Counted from the first letter of the stretch, positions 46,073 to 56,150 are shown. The stretch is 64,000 bases of DNA from Candidatus Bathyarchaeia archaeon (GCA_041653695.1 JBAZEV010000001.1:9737-73736), one strand, 5' to 3'. Program-made: numbers and translations. Notes: generated from the sequence alone by a model not told the origin.

Positions 46073-46350
46073 ATGTAACACCTGAAATAGTTCAACATGA
46101 ATTTGTTGGCTTCGAAACCAAAGTGGTTAAAAGCACGAACCCTACTTTAGTGGGAATTGCGGGTAAAGTCGTAGATGAAACCCGTAACACATTCACATTG
46201 TATCGTGATGGTGAAGAAAAAGTCGTCATCAAAGATACCGCCGTTTTTGACTTTACAATGTCAGACGGAACCGTCGTGGAAATCGACGGCAAGGTTATCA
46301 TGGGACGACCTGAAGAACGACTTAAACACAGACCAAGGAGATTATGGTAA
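46069..46350 (+). CDS. rnp1: RNase P protein component 1 (Rpp29/Pop4)
   Basis: EFVGFETKVVKSTNPTLVGIAGKVVDETRNTF.. is the Rpp29 Sm-like signature. Conserved position between L29 and S17. Confidence 0.85.
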   Translation: MNVTPEIVQHEFVGFETKVVKSTNPTLVGIAGKVVDETRNTFTLYRDGEEKVVIKDTAVFDFTMSDGTVVEIDGKVIMGRPEERLKHRPRRLW

Positions 46351-46689
46351 ATGTCATCTCTTACAGCAAAGAAACCAAAGAAAACCTGTGACGATGTAAA
46401 CTGTCCATTTCATGGGACTCTCGCACTGAGAGGTCACACACTGGAAGGTATAGTTGTAAGCACAAAAATGGAAAAAACCATAGTTGTACGCCGCGACTAC
46501 CTTAACTATGTATCAAAATTCAGCAGATACGAACGAAGACGAAACAACTTACCTGCACACAGTCCACCCTGCCTAGACGTCAAAGCAGGTGACAAAGTAA
46601 AGGTTGCCGAGTGCCGTCCACTTAGCAAAACTGTCTCGTTCGTTGTAATCGAAAAACTGGAGGAAGCTTCAAGTGGCAGCAAGAGCTAA
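46351..46689 (+). CDS. rps17: 30S ribosomal protein S17 (uS17)
   Basis: [25 protein letters not shown]..... plus [13 protein letters not shown]. Confidence 0.92.
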   Translation: MSSLTAKKPKKTCDDVNCPFHGTLALRGHTLEGIVVSTKMEKTIVVRRDYLNYVSKFSRYERRRNNLPAHSPPCLDVKAGDKVKVAECRPLSKTVSFVVIEKLEEASSGSKS

Positions 46690-46702
46690 ATCGCGAGCTT
46701 TC

Positions 46703-47113
46703 ATGGCTAAGGGTATCGTTGGTCTGAAACCAAAGATTTCCCGTGGATTGCCAAACGGTGCCATGGTGTCTGTTGCAGACAACTCTGGTGCACGCGAAGT
46801 CCGGTTAATTCAAGTAATTGGATACCACGGACGTTTATGTAGGGTTCCCAGCGCATCTGTAGGTGACCTCGTTACCGTTTCAGTTAGAAAAGGGACACCC
46901 GACATGAGAAAGAAAATCTTCCACGCAGTCATTGTCCGACAACGAAAACCTTTCCGACGAAGAGACGGAAACTGGGTACAATTCGAGGACAACGCAGCAG
47001 TCATCATGACTCCTGAAGGAGAAATGCGTGGCTCAGAAATTCGTGGTCCCATCGCAAAAGAGGCAGCAGAAAAATGGCCAAGAATTGCCAGCGCTGCCAG
47101 TATCATCGTATAG
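46703..47113 (+). CDS. rpl14: 50S ribosomal protein L14 (uL14)
   Basis: ..[15 protein letters not shown].. and ..FEDNAAVI... Start refined to ATG 46703. Confidence 0.92.
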   Translation: MAKGIVGLKPKISRGLPNGAMVSVADNSGAREVRLIQVIGYHGRLCRVPSASVGDLVTVSVRKGTPDMRKKIFHAVIVRQRKPFRRRDGNWVQFEDNAAVIMTPEGEMRGSEIRGPIAKEAAEKWPRIASAASIIV

Positions 47114-47125
47114 GAGATTTAATAG

Positions 47126-47575
47126 ATGCCGACAACAAAACCAAGTAAACAGAGAAAAATGATGTATACCGCTCCACTTACTGAGCGTTATAGAAGGTTC
47201 TCTGTTCCTCTTTCATCCAAGCTTAAAGAGTCTCATAACACCAGTTCTGTTCCGGTAAGAAAAGGCGACACCGTAATGGTTATGCGCGGAGACCGCAAAG
47301 GCTCTGAAGGAAAAGTAAACCAGATTGACCGGAAGAACTACCGAATATTTGTCGAAGGTGCAACACGAGAAAAAGTTGACGGAACCTCTGTTCCTCTTGC
47401 TGTTCACCCTTCAAAGGTGATGATTACTCGCCTGAATCTTGATGACAAATGGCGCAAAAGGGCTCTGGAACGAAAATCTGTAACCGAGAAAACTGAAGAA
47501 GTTAAAGAAAAGCCCGCAAAAAAAGTGGCAAAGAAAAAAACAACAAAAGTAACCAAACAAACTGGAGGAACATAA
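47126..47575 (+). CDS. rpl24: 50S ribosomal protein L24 (uL24) with a Lys-rich tail
   Basis: KOW motif VRKGDTVMVMRGDRKGSEGKV. C-terminus KEKPAKKVAKKKTTKV. Confidence 0.9.
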   Translation: MPTTKPSKQRKMMYTAPLTERYRRFSVPLSSKLKESHNTSSVPVRKGDTVMVMRGDRKGSEGKVNQIDRKNYRIFVEGATREKVDGTSVPLAVHPSKVMITRLNLDDKWRKRALERKSVTEKTEEVKEKPAKKVAKKKTTKVTKQTGGT

Positions 47576-47576
47576 T

Positions 47577-48323
47577 TTGGGAAGAAAAGGTATTAGTAGA
47601 CACTTGAAGAGGAAACCAGCTCCTAAGTTGTGGCCTATTCATCGAAAAGAGGCTGTTTGGACAGTTAATCCTGAACCTGGGTCTCATTCTATTAAAAGTT
47701 CTATACCGTTGGCTCTTGTTGTACGTGACCTGCTTGGTTTTGCTCAAACTGCAAAAGAAGCCAAGAACATTATTTCCAGCGGCAAGATAATGGTTGACGG
47801 AAAAGTCAGATGTAACGAACGTTTTCTTGTTGGTTTGATGGACATTATTTCATTAGTTGGAACAAACAAATCTTACAGGGTTCTTCCTTCTGGAAAAGGC
47901 CTGTTTTTGAACCCAATTGATTCAAGTGACACATTCAAACTCTACAGGATCGAAAACAAAAGCGTAGTAAAAGGTGGAAAAACTAACCTAGACCTCCACG
48001 ACGGAACAAACTACCAAACACAAGAAGAACTAGGCGCAAAAACCAGTTTCTCAACGCTTGATGTGCTAAAACTAAGTGTTCCTGACCGCGAACTGTTGGG
48101 ACAATCAAAACTTGCTGTGGGCTCTCCCATTATTGTAATCGGCGGAAAAAACATGGGCAAAAACGGCAAAGTTGTTGAAATCGAAAAACAAGCAGACAAA
48201 AAACGCAGAGACCTTCTAGTAACACTTAACGACGCGAAAGGTGAACAATTCCAGACAATCCTTGACTTCGTTTTCGTTGTAGGTGACACTGACCCCTCGA
48301 TAACATTACCGGAGGAAAACTAA
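47577..48323 (+). CDS. rps4e: 30S ribosomal protein S4e (eS4)
   Basis: MGRKGISRHLKRKPAPKLWPIHRKE.., S4 and KOW regions. TTG start. Confidence 0.92.
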   Translation: MGRKGISRHLKRKPAPKLWPIHRKEAVWTVNPEPGSHSIKSSIPLALVVRDLLGFAQTAKEAKNIISSGKIMVDGKVRCNERFLVGLMDIISLVGTNKSYRVLPSGKGLFLNPIDSSDTFKLYRIENKSVVKGGKTNLDLHDGTNYQTQEELGAKTSFSTLDVLKLSVPDRELLGQSKLAVGSPIIVIGGKNMGKNGKVVEIEKQADKKRRDLLVTLNDAKGEQFQTILDFVFVVGDTDPSITLPEEN

Positions 48324-48324
48324 T

Positions 48325-49143
48325 TTGACAGAAGAAAAAGCAACTACTCCCGCAGCAGAGACAAAAGTTGTAACCAAAAAGAAAGCTGCTAAAGCACCTG
48401 CATCTGTTGCCGAAACCAAAGTTGCGGCACCTATAGAAGCAGAAAAACTCAAAGCTGCACCTGCAAAGAAAAAAGTTGTTGCAAAACCGACTGAAACTAA
48501 ACCAGTTGAAGCCGTTGCTGTTCCCGCTACAACAGAGGAAACAGCCGAACCCGCTGTAGCAGTTGAACCACAAATACCTGCAGTTGAAGCGGTAGTTGTG
48601 CCCAAGGTAGTGAAACCTGTTCGCAAAGAATGGGCTGGAAACCCCATGCTTATACCAATTATCGAGAAGGTAACCGTTAACATGGCTGTTGGAAAATCAG
48701 GTGCACCTCTTGAACAAGCAGCAACAATACTTAAGCAGTTAACAAAACAAAAACCGTCTAGACGTGCAGCCAAAAAAACAGTACGCGAATTCGGTATCCG
48801 AAAAGGCGAATCAATTGCGTGTGTAGTAACACTTCGTGATGGACCCGCAAAAGAGTTCCTCAAGAGGGCCTTTGTTGCAATTGAAAGAAAACTTTCAAAA
48901 TACAGCTTTGATAAACAGGGAAACTTCTCGTTTGGAATCAAAGAGCACATCGATATTCCCGGAACCAAATATACTCCCGAGCTTGGAATCCACGGAATGG
49001 ATGTTGCGGTTTCTCTTGGTCGTGCAGGATACCGTGTTAAACGCAGACACCGGGTCAGAACTCAGGTTGGTAGAGACCACGTGTTGACTGCGAAAGAAGC
49101 GATACTATTTATTAAAGACGAGTTTGATGTTGAAATAGCGTAA
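48325..49143 (+). CDS. rpl5: 50S ribosomal protein L5 (uL5) with a ~95-aa A/K/P/E/V-rich N-terminal extension
   Basis: Core [21 protein letters not shown].. onward is canonical. The preceding 95 codons are open, in frame and low-complexity. An alternative internal GTG start near 48606-48612 is possible. Confidence 0.85.
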   Translation: MTEEKATTPAAETKVVTKKKAAKAPASVAETKVAAPIEAEKLKAAPAKKKVVAKPTETKPVEAVAVPATTEETAEPAVAVEPQIPAVEAVVVPKVVKPVRKEWAGNPMLIPIIEKVTVNMAVGKSGAPLEQAATILKQLTKQKPSRRAAKKTVREFGIRKGESIACVVTLRDGPAKEFLKRAFVAIERKLSKYSFDKQGNFSFGIKEHIDIPGTKYTPELGIHGMDVAVSLGRAGYRVKRRHRVRTQVGRDHVLTAKEAILFIKDEFDVEIA

Positions 49144-49159
49144 AAATGGTGAATCTAGG

Positions 49160-49321
49160 GTGAAGCAGCAAGCTGAAACACAGAGAAAGTTTGGAAAAGG
49201 TAGTCACCCCTGTAGACGATGCGGCTCTTACGGCTCCGTTATCCGTAGATATGGATTGGACCTGTGCCGTCAATGTTTCAGGGAGGTTGCTCCAGACCTA
49301 GGTTTCAGGAAATATGAGTAA
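49160..49321 (+). CDS. rps14: 30S ribosomal protein S14 type Z (uS14, zinc-binding)
   Basis: Below the ORF-track size cut-off. GTG start. [53 protein letters not shown] has the CxxC..CxxC pattern and the conserved slot between L5 and S8. Confidence 0.85.
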   Translation: MKQQAETQRKFGKGSHPCRRCGSYGSVIRRYGLDLCRQCFREVAPDLGFRKYE

Positions 49322-49338
49322 CAGGAGATGTATCAGAT

Positions 49339-49731
49339 TTGCCTATGATGGACACGCTCGCAAATGGTTTAACTACAATCATAAATAACGAAATGCGAAG
49401 AAAAAGAGAATGCATAATCAATCAGGCATCCCACCTATTAGGGCGTGTTTTGAGAGTAATGCAGCTTAACGGTTACATCGGAGAATTCGAGTTCATTGAT
49501 GATGGACGTTCCGGTAAATTCCGAGTACAACTTCTTGGCCGAGTTAACAAATGTGGCGCTATAAAGCCTAGAATCCCTGTAAGTTCCAAAGATTTAGAGG
49601 CCATGGAAAAACAATTTCTTCCATCCAGGGACATAGGAGTGCTGGTCTTTTCCACCTCTCAGGGCGTATTGTCTCATAAAGAGGTTAAAGAGAAAAAGAT
49701 CGGTGGGCGCCTTTTGGCCTACGTCTATTAG
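49339..49731 (+). CDS. rps8: 30S ribosomal protein S8 (uS8)
   Basis: [15 protein letters not shown].. and the C-terminus GGRLLAYVY. Confidence 0.92.
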   Translation: MPMMDTLANGLTTIINNEMRRKRECIINQASHLLGRVLRVMQLNGYIGEFEFIDDGRSGKFRVQLLGRVNKCGAIKPRIPVSSKDLEAMEKQFLPSRDIGVLVFSTSQGVLSHKEVKEKKIGGRLLAYVY

Positions 49732-49743
49732 GAGAAACAAGAA

Positions 49744-50292
49744 ATGCGCGCAATCGAAACTGTGACAACTGTTGAAATCCCTGATAATGTACAGGGTATG
49801 CTTGAAGGTAGAGTCGTCACGCTGAAAGGTGAAAAAGGACAATTAGTCAGAGACTTTTCTCATGCACCAATACTGATGAGCTTAGAAGGTAAAACAATAA
49901 CCGTTAAAGCAAACTGGCCCCGCAAAAGGGAAATTGCTCTTGTAGGAACCGTGTGTTCGCACATTAGAAACATGATAAAAGGTGTAACTACTGGTTTTAC
50001 ATACAAACTGAAGATTGTTTTCTCACACTTTCCGTTAACTGTTGAACTCAAAGGTAACACCTTGACAATCAAAAACTTCACTGGCGAACGAAGCCCTCGT
50101 ACAATCAAAATCCTTAGTGACGTTAAAGTAACAATCAAAGGCGAAGACATCATCGTGCAAGGAATTGACCTTGAACATGTAAGTCAAACCGCTGCGACTA
50201 TTCAAAACGCAACAAAAATCAAACGTAAAGACCCCCGAGTATTCCTTGACGGTATTTACGTTTTTGAAGAACATGAGGGATTCGTAGAATGA
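49744..50292 (+). CDS. rpl6: 50S ribosomal protein L6 (uL6)
   Basis: Two L6 repeats, ..GFTYKLKIVFSHFPL.. Conserved position. Confidence 0.92.
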   Translation: MRAIETVTTVEIPDNVQGMLEGRVVTLKGEKGQLVRDFSHAPILMSLEGKTITVKANWPRKREIALVGTVCSHIRNMIKGVTTGFTYKLKIVFSHFPLTVELKGNTLTIKNFTGERSPRTIKILSDVKVTIKGEDIIVQGIDLEHVSQTAATIQNATKIKRKDPRVFLDGIYVFEEHEGFVE

Positions 50293-50765
50293 GCGAAGAA
50301 AAACACGATAGTATAGAAGAAATTCAACGACACAAGAACGTTTACGTTAAACACAAGAAACCCAAGTTCCGAAGACAAGAAACTTGGAGATACAAACGCA
50401 TTACTGACAGCTGGAGACGACCACACGGCGTAGACAGTAAAATGCGCAAAAAAGTAAAAGGATGGCCGCTATCTCCTACTACTGGTTATTGCAGTCCCAA
50501 GAAAACACGAGGCTTGCATCCATCAGGATTCGTAGAAGCTCGGGTTTTTTCAGTGGACGATCTAAACGGAGTAGACCCTGAACTACAAGCTATTCGAATA
50601 GCTCGTACAGTTGGAGGTCGAAAACGGGCTGAAATCATGACCCTTGCAGAAGAAAAAGGAATTCATGTACTAAACCCACGAGCCATACGTGAGCCTGAAG
50701 GTTTAAAGGACAGCGCAGAATCAGAAGAGAAAGAAAGCCTGTCTGATGGAGCGAAGAAAAATTGA
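50289..50765 (+). CDS. rpl32e: 50S ribosomal protein L32e (eL32)
   Basis: KPKFRRQETWRYKRI..SWRRPHG.DSKMR.. Confidence 0.9.
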   Translation: MSEEKHDSIEEIQRHKNVYVKHKKPKFRRQETWRYKRITDSWRRPHGVDSKMRKKVKGWPLSPTTGYCSPKKTRGLHPSGFVEARVFSVDDLNGVDPELQAIRIARTVGGRKRAEIMTLAEEKGIHVLNPRAIREPEGLKDSAESEEKESLSDGAKKN

Positions 50766-51214
50766 GTCTTAAAAGTCAGCGTCGTATAGCTTCTAAAGTC
50801 CTCAAAGTCGGGGAAACCCGAATTTGGATGGACCCCGAACGAATTGATTACGTTGAAGCAGCGATTACACGAGAAGAAATCCGCAAGCTGGTACGCGAAG
50901 GCGTAGTTAAAGTGATTCCAGAAAAAGGCATCAGCCGGTCTCGAGCCCGAGTTTTCCAACAAAAACGAAAGAAAGGCTTGAGAAAAGGTTCTGGAAGTAA
51001 AAGTGGTCCCGCTCGGTCTAAGATTTCTAAGAAACAAGTTTGGATTAACAAAATCCGACCAATTCGAAGGCAACTAAGTGAACTAAGAGAAACCCGAGCT
51101 ATCACTGTGGGTGCTTACCGTAAACTGTATGACATGTCCGAAAGTGGCGTTTTCGGTTCAAAAGCTGATGTAGAACGCTATATACGAACCCATAACATGT
51201 GGAGGAAACGTTAA
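50762..51214 (+). CDS. rpl19e: 50S ribosomal protein L19e (eL19)
   Basis: LKSQRRIASKVLKVGETRIWMDPE.. Confidence 0.9.
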   Translation: MSLKSQRRIASKVLKVGETRIWMDPERIDYVEAAITREEIRKLVREGVVKVIPEKGISRSRARVFQQKRKKGLRKGSGSKSGPARSKISKKQVWINKIRPIRRQLSELRETRAITVGAYRKLYDMSESGVFGSKADVERYIRTHNMWRKR

Positions 51215-51834
51215 TGGCTACTGGTCCACGATATCGAGTTCCTTTCCGTAGACGAAAAGAAGGAAGAACAAATTACCGGTCACGAAGAGCTCTCGTTTTG
51301 TCACGAGCGCCCCGAGTCGTTGTTCGGTTATCTTTGAAAAACACGATCATACAGGTAACTGAAGCAGAATCCATAGGAGACAAAGTAATCATTTCAGCGC
51401 ACTCCCGTGAGTTGATGAAAACTTACGGTTGGCTGAGCAACGGAGGAAACATTCCCGCTGCATACCTTACTGGTCTTCTGTGTGGCTACAAAGCACATGC
51501 CGCTGGTGTGGAAACAGCATTCTTGGATGTTGGGTTACACATTCCATCCAAAGGTACACGCGTGTTTGCTGCATTGAAAGGATTCATTGATGCTGGAGTT
51601 GAAGTTCCTCATGGTGAAGGAATATTCCCAAACAAGGATACACTAACTGGAAAACAGATTGCAAACTACGCAAAGAAAATGTTTGAAGAAGACATTGAAG
51701 CCTACAAAAAGAAGTTTTCCATTTACATCTCAAAGGGACTACGCCCAGAAACGTTGACAGAACACTTTACTGCGGTGAAAGCCAAAATAGTGTCTTCATT
51801 TAAAGAAAATGTGAAAGAGAAGGAAGAAGCATGA
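51214..51834 (+). CDS. rpl18: 50S ribosomal protein L18 (uL18)
   Basis: MATGPRYRVPFRRRKEGRTNY..RLVVR.S.K.. Start refined to the ATG overlapping the L19e stop, with GGAGG upstream. Confidence 0.92.
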   Translation: MATGPRYRVPFRRRKEGRTNYRSRRALVLSRAPRVVVRLSLKNTIIQVTEAESIGDKVIISAHSRELMKTYGWLSNGGNIPAAYLTGLLCGYKAHAAGVETAFLDVGLHIPSKGTRVFAALKGFIDAGVEVPHGEGIFPNKDTLTGKQIANYAKKMFEEDIEAYKKKFSIYISKGLRPETLTEHFTAVKAKIVSSFKENVKEKEEA

Positions 51835-52475
51835 GACAGTCCAGCAACAATAACAACGAAAAATTTGAAGCATGGGTGCCCCGTACAAGGCTGGGCAAAA
51901 TGGTTCTAGAAGGTAAAGTTGCTTCTATCGAAGAACTTTTCATGGAAGGACTCAAAATTCGAGAACCCGAAATAGTGAATACACTGCTTCCTGACCTACA
52001 GGAAGAAGTAATTAACATCGGGTTAGTTCAAAAACAGACAGACGCTGGTGAGAAATCCCAGTTCCGAGCAATTGTAGTAGTCGGAAACCGTGACGGTTAC
52101 GTAGGTTTAGGTTCAGGCAAAGCAAGCCAAGTGCGTTCTGCTATCGAAAAAGCAGCCGTAAACGCGCGCCTAAATATTACACCTGTACGCCGAGGATGCG
52201 GTTCTTGGGAATGCGGATGTGGAAAACACCACTCGTTACCATTCCAAGTTAGCGGATCATGCGGTGGCGTTGAAGTCGTTGTAATTCCAGGTCCACGTGG
52301 CTTAGGTCTTGTTGCCAGCGAAGGCGCAAAAATTATCTTGGGCTTAGCTGGAGTTAAAGACTGCTGGATGAAAAGCTTCGGCTCAACCCGAACTGTTCCA
52401 TCATATGCATATGCTGTCTTTGATGCTATTAAGAAAACTTACCTGCTTGTTACACCACAGGATTGGGTGCGTTAA
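51831..52475 (+). CDS. rps5: 30S ribosomal protein S5 (uS5)
   Basis: ..FRAIVVVGNRDGYVGLGSGKA..V..AI.KA. Confidence 0.92.
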   Translation: MRQSSNNNNEKFEAWVPRTRLGKMVLEGKVASIEELFMEGLKIREPEIVNTLLPDLQEEVINIGLVQKQTDAGEKSQFRAIVVVGNRDGYVGLGSGKASQVRSAIEKAAVNARLNITPVRRGCGSWECGCGKHHSLPFQVSGSCGGVEVVVIPGPRGLGLVASEGAKIILGLAGVKDCWMKSFGSTRTVPSYAYAVFDAIKKTYLLVTPQDWVR

Positions 52476-52477
52476 AT

Positions 52478-52957
52478 ATGCAAAAACCACTAAAATGTAT
52501 GGTCGTCGTTCGCATTCGCGGTTTAAGTGACTTCTCACAGGAAGTCAAAGATACCCTGATGATGTTACGGTTAACCAGAAGCTGTCACGCAACATTACTT
52601 GACAACCGCCCAGCCTACAATGGTATGCTACGAAAAAGCAAGGATTGCATAACTTGGGGTGAAGTCTCCAAAGAAACAATTGCACTGTTGTTGAAGAAGC
52701 GCGGAAGACTTGTTGGCGACAAAAAGTTGACTGATGAATACGCCCAAGAACTAGGCTACGAAACCTTAGATGTGCTAGCTGAAGCAATATACAACGTAGA
52801 CGTAGAATTCAATAGTCTGCCTGACTTGAAACCTTTGTTCCGTCTTCGTCCTCCAACGAAAGGATTCAAAGGAAAAGTTAAACGAAGTTTCGTTTCTGGT
52901 GGAGAGTTAGGCTACCGCGGCGAAGCAATCAACGATTTGCTGCAACGAATGATGTAG
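52478..52957 (+). CDS. rpl30: 50S ribosomal protein L30 (uL30)
   Basis: ..VVVRIRG......V..TL.MLRL.. Start refined to ATG 52478. Confidence 0.9.
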   Translation: MQKPLKCMVVVRIRGLSDFSQEVKDTLMMLRLTRSCHATLLDNRPAYNGMLRKSKDCITWGEVSKETIALLLKKRGRLVGDKKLTDEYAQELGYETLDVLAEAIYNVDVEFNSLPDLKPLFRLRPPTKGFKGKVKRSFVSGGELGYRGEAINDLLQRMM

Positions 52958-53024
52958 CTGCGCTGTATTTGGCAATGTTTATAGTTACCAATGCTGCACA
53001 ATCACAATTGAGGAAGGAGTTCCC

Positions 53025-53546
53025 ATGAGCGATCCATGGTGGAGACGAAGAAAAAAGAAAGGTCCTTGGTTTGACGCCATCTACGATGAGTTAGAGCGTC
53101 TTGGAGATCTCATCGACGAAGCTATGCAAAACGCCTTTGATGACTCCTCTGATAATACATCAGTAAAACGTAACCGCGTTAAGGGGTTCTCCATCAAGAT
53201 TGGTCCTGATGGAAAGCCTAAGATTCAAGAGATCAGCAAACGGCAATGGGACGAAGACATCGAAGTCGGTGACGACGTGGAACCGTTGGTAGACCTGATT
53301 GAAGAAGATGCTGCATTGTTGGTCCTTGCAGTGCTTCCGGGTGTTAAGAAGGAATCAATCGATTTGCGGGTTACTGAAACCTGCTTAACCGTTTCCGTTG
53401 ACGCAGAAGACTTTGAGTGGTACGACGAGCTAAAACTTCCAGCCCGAGTGAACCCAAAGTCTGCACGTGCATCATACAAGAATGGTGTATTGGAAGTAAA
53501 ATTGAACAAAATTGGAAAAGTAGTTAAAGACAATAAAATATTGTGA
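53025..53546 (+). CDS. Hsp20/alpha-crystallin-domain small heat-shock protein
   Basis: ACD pattern PLVDLIEEDAALLVLAVLPGVKKESIDLRVTETCLTVS......Y.ELKLPARVNPKSARASYKNGVLEVKLNK. Confidence 0.8.
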   Translation: MSDPWWRRRKKKGPWFDAIYDELERLGDLIDEAMQNAFDDSSDNTSVKRNRVKGFSIKIGPDGKPKIQEISKRQWDEDIEVGDDVEPLVDLIEEDAALLVLAVLPGVKKESIDLRVTETCLTVSVDAEDFEWYDELKLPARVNPKSARASYKNGVLEVKLNKIGKVVKDNKIL

Positions 53547-53564
53547 AAAAGTGAGGTTTGACAT

Positions 53565-54011
53565 TTGCCAACTAAAGACAGAAAAGTAAGAAGATATCGT
53601 GGTTCACGAACACATGGATACGGTCAGGTAGGTCAGCACAGGTGCCGCGGTGGTCGTGGTGGAACTGGTAAAGCTGGTTTAGATAAACACAAATGGTCTC
53701 TGGTGTTGCGATACAACCCAACATATTGGTTAAAGCGAGGTTTTGTTTCCGCACGTACCCTTAACAAAAAAGTTAACGTCATAAACGTGGGAAAACTTGA
53801 AAGCCTAGTTGAAAAACTTGAAGCTGAGAAGAAACTGGAACGAAAAGACAACAAAATCTTTTTGGACCTAGACCTTCTTGGTTACAACAAACTTTTGGGA
53901 ACTGGTGAAATCACCAAACCAATGGTTATTAAAGTTGGGTCATATTCTGAGTCTGCCTCCCAAAAATTGGAAGAGGCAGGGGGACAAATCCTCAAAGAAT
54001 CAGAAGAGTAA
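53565..54011 (+). CDS. rpl15: 50S ribosomal protein L15 (uL15)
   Basis: RRYRGSRTHGYG..GQHR..G.RGG.G.AG..KH. Confidence 0.92.
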   Translation: MPTKDRKVRRYRGSRTHGYGQVGQHRCRGGRGGTGKAGLDKHKWSLVLRYNPTYWLKRGFVSARTLNKKVNVINVGKLESLVEKLEAEKKLERKDNKIFLDLDLLGYNKLLGTGEITKPMVIKVGSYSESASQKLEEAGGQILKESEE

Positions 54012-54145
54012 CCCCTTACCCTTTTTTGTTATCTCTTTGATTGTGTGTTGAGCCGTCAAAGTGTTTATATTTGTGTTCAACATACGCAACATATCCAATC
54101 AGCTTATAGGCTATTAACCTAAAGAATGAACAAGGCGGAGAAATC

Positions 54146-55567
54146 ATGGCTGGCAGATTCCTTTCATTATTCGGACCTCTTTCAAGGTTCATGCCCGAAA
54201 TAAATTCACCAACCCGAAAAGTAAGTTTCAACGAAAAACTGTTCTGGACCGCCATCGCGATGGTCGTCTTTCTTGTTATGAGCGAAGTTGCGCTCTTTAA
54301 CATCGAGTCTGGAGGCACAAATCTTGAAAGTCTGCGTATAATTTTTGCCTCGTCTCAGGGAACTTTAACTGCACTTGGTATCGGTCCCATCGTAACTGGT
54401 GGCCTGATTTTGCAGTTGCTCATTGGTTCAAATATTATAAATGCTGACTTAAACAACCCTGACGATAGGGCACTTTTCACTGCCGCTACTAAAGTGTTTT
54501 CAATTCTGTTAACTGGTGTTCAAGCAGGTGCTTACCTGTTGGGTAACGTTTATGGGCCTTTAACTTTGGAAACATCTATTATTGTGTTTGCGCAGCTTTT
54601 GTGTGCTGGCATAATAATCATGTTACTTGATGAAATGTTACAGAAAGGCTGGGGAATCGGAAGCGGTATCAGCCTCTTTATCTTGGCTGGAGTCGCACAA
54701 GGTATTCTGTGGGACAGCTTCTCTCCGAACGCTCCAATGGCCGATGGAAAATTCTATGGGGCATTCCTTGCTTTGGGTCAATCAATTGCTGGTGGAGAAT
54801 CTTTTTTGGCCACTTTTCTGAGAACAGACGCCGACGGCGCTTTATCCAGTTACCCGTCTATGTTGGGTTTCTTGACAACTGTGGTTGTATTTATCCTCGT
54901 AATCTACATGGAAGGTGTCCGAGTTGAACTTCCAATTTCACACGCTAACTACCGTGGATTCCGCGGAAAGTACCCAATCAAACTGCTTTACGTTTCTAAC
55001 TTACCTGTAATATTTGCCTCTGCTCTGTTCGCTAACGTATTCGTCTTTGCACAGTTATTGCATAGCCACTTCGGCTCAGACAACATAATCATTAACTTCT
55101 TAGGCACATTTGGAGGCGAAAAAGGAACAGACCTTGTTGGTGGTCTTGCATATTACTTAACTGCTCCTAATGGTCTCGCCATGGTTTCGGCTGACCCCAT
55201 TAGAGCCTTGATTTTCGTAGGCGTTATGGTTGGATTTTCCATAATCTTCTCACTAACATGGCTTGAAGTCGGTGGCTTAGGCCCTGGTACAGTTGCAAAA
55301 CAGCTTGTTGATTCTGGTATGCAAATACCTGGATTCCGCAGGTCAGGAAAATCCATAGAAATGATTCTGAACCGTTACATTCCAGTTGTAACAATCCTTG
55401 GAGGCGCAATAATTGGTTTGATTGCGTCTGTTGCAGGATTCTTCGGAGTGTTCGGTACAGGTATGGGTGTTCTGCTAGCTGTGGGTATATTGTATCAATA
55501 CTACCAGTTGCTTGTGCAAGAACAAGTTTCGGAAATGTATCCCGCGTTTGGTCGTATGTTGGGATGA
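54146..55567 (+). CDS. secY: Preprotein translocase subunit SecY
   Basis: 473 aa, 10 TM helices. ..LGIGPIVTGGLILQLL.. and ..KYPIKLLYVSNLPVIFA.. Conserved position after L15. Confidence 0.95.
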   Translation: MAGRFLSLFGPLSRFMPEINSPTRKVSFNEKLFWTAIAMVVFLVMSEVALFNIESGGTNLESLRIIFASSQGTLTALGIGPIVTGGLILQLLIGSNIINADLNNPDDRALFTAATKVFSILLTGVQAGAYLLGNVYGPLTLETSIIVFAQLLCAGIIIMLLDEMLQKGWGIGSGISLFILAGVAQGILWDSFSPNAPMADGKFYGAFLALGQSIAGGESFLATFLRTDADGALSSYPSMLGFLTTVVVFILVIYMEGVRVELPISHANYRGFRGKYPIKLLYVSNLPVIFASALFANVFVFAQLLHSHFGSDNIIINFLGTFGGEKGTDLVGGLAYYLTAPNGLAMVSADPIRALIFVGVMVGFSIIFSLTWLEVGGLGPGTVAKQLVDSGMQIPGFRRSGKSIEMILNRYIPVVTILGGAIIGLIASVAGFFGVFGTGMGVLLAVGILYQYYQLLVQEQVSEMYPAFGRMLG

Positions 55568-55628
55568 TAACCTTGAATGCAGTAACCGTTATTACAGAAA
55601 AACTTCCATACTGTTGGAGGACTAAGCG

Positions 55629-56150
55629 ATGAGTACTTTAGCTCAACCTCCAGTTATTACAGTAATTATTCTTGGCATTTCTGTAGTAATGTCCTTTGCA
55701 TCCTCGATGATTAACCGCACATTTATGCCTAAAGAACACCGTGACAAAGTTCGAGATCTGCAACGGAAAATCTCTGCATTGACTAAAGAAAAAAACGAGA
55801 ACATGAAAACCGCCAAAGCAACTGACGACAAAAAACTGCTCAGAAAAGCACAAAAACAAGAAAAACAGCTGCTTGCGCTTCAATCGCAATCTCTTTCGTT
55901 GTCCTCTAAACAGTTCAGAGTTATGCCAATCACTATGGTGTTGTTCCTTGTTGTTTGGCTGTTGTTAACTGGGAACGTCTTAGGAATGAGACTGTTTGAT
56001 AGTCCACTTATTGGACCAGACCCCGTAGCGTATCTTCCATGGTTTGGCGGCGTTATGCCTCTGAGCCTGTTCTATTGGTATCTTATCTGTTCATTTAGTT
56101 GTGGAACAATATTCTCACGCCTCTTCGGGTTAACTGGCGGAACCGACTAG
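55629..56150 (+). CDS. DUF106/EMC3-TMCO1-like membrane protein (archaeal Oxa1-superfamily insertase candidate)
   Basis: TM1, then a long K/E/Q coiled-coil hairpin, then two TM helices. Conserved archaeal position between secY and cmk. Confidence 0.75.
   Translation: MSTLAQPPVITVIILGISVVMSFASSMINRTFMPKEHRDKVRDLQRKISALTKEKNENMKTAKATDDKKLLRKAQKQEKQLLALQSQSLSLSSKQFRVMPITMVLFLVVWLLLTGNVLGMRLFDSPLIGPDPVAYLPWFGGVMPLSLFYWYLICSFSCGTIFSRLFGLTGGTD

Noticed and set aside
45450-46098. Long antisense and alternative-frame ORFs (125-202 aa) over the S3 tail and L29
   Set aside because: They lie opposite highly conserved ribosomal genes. Their products are low-complexity strings (F/L/C/S-rich) produced by the GAA/CCT/GCA-biased sense sequence, so they are compositional artefacts.
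48226-48968. 115-aa and 220-aa minus-strand ORFs opposite rps4e/rpl5
   Set aside because: They are antisense to ribosomal protein genes and to the A/K/P-rich extension. They show no independent coding signal, start context or motif.
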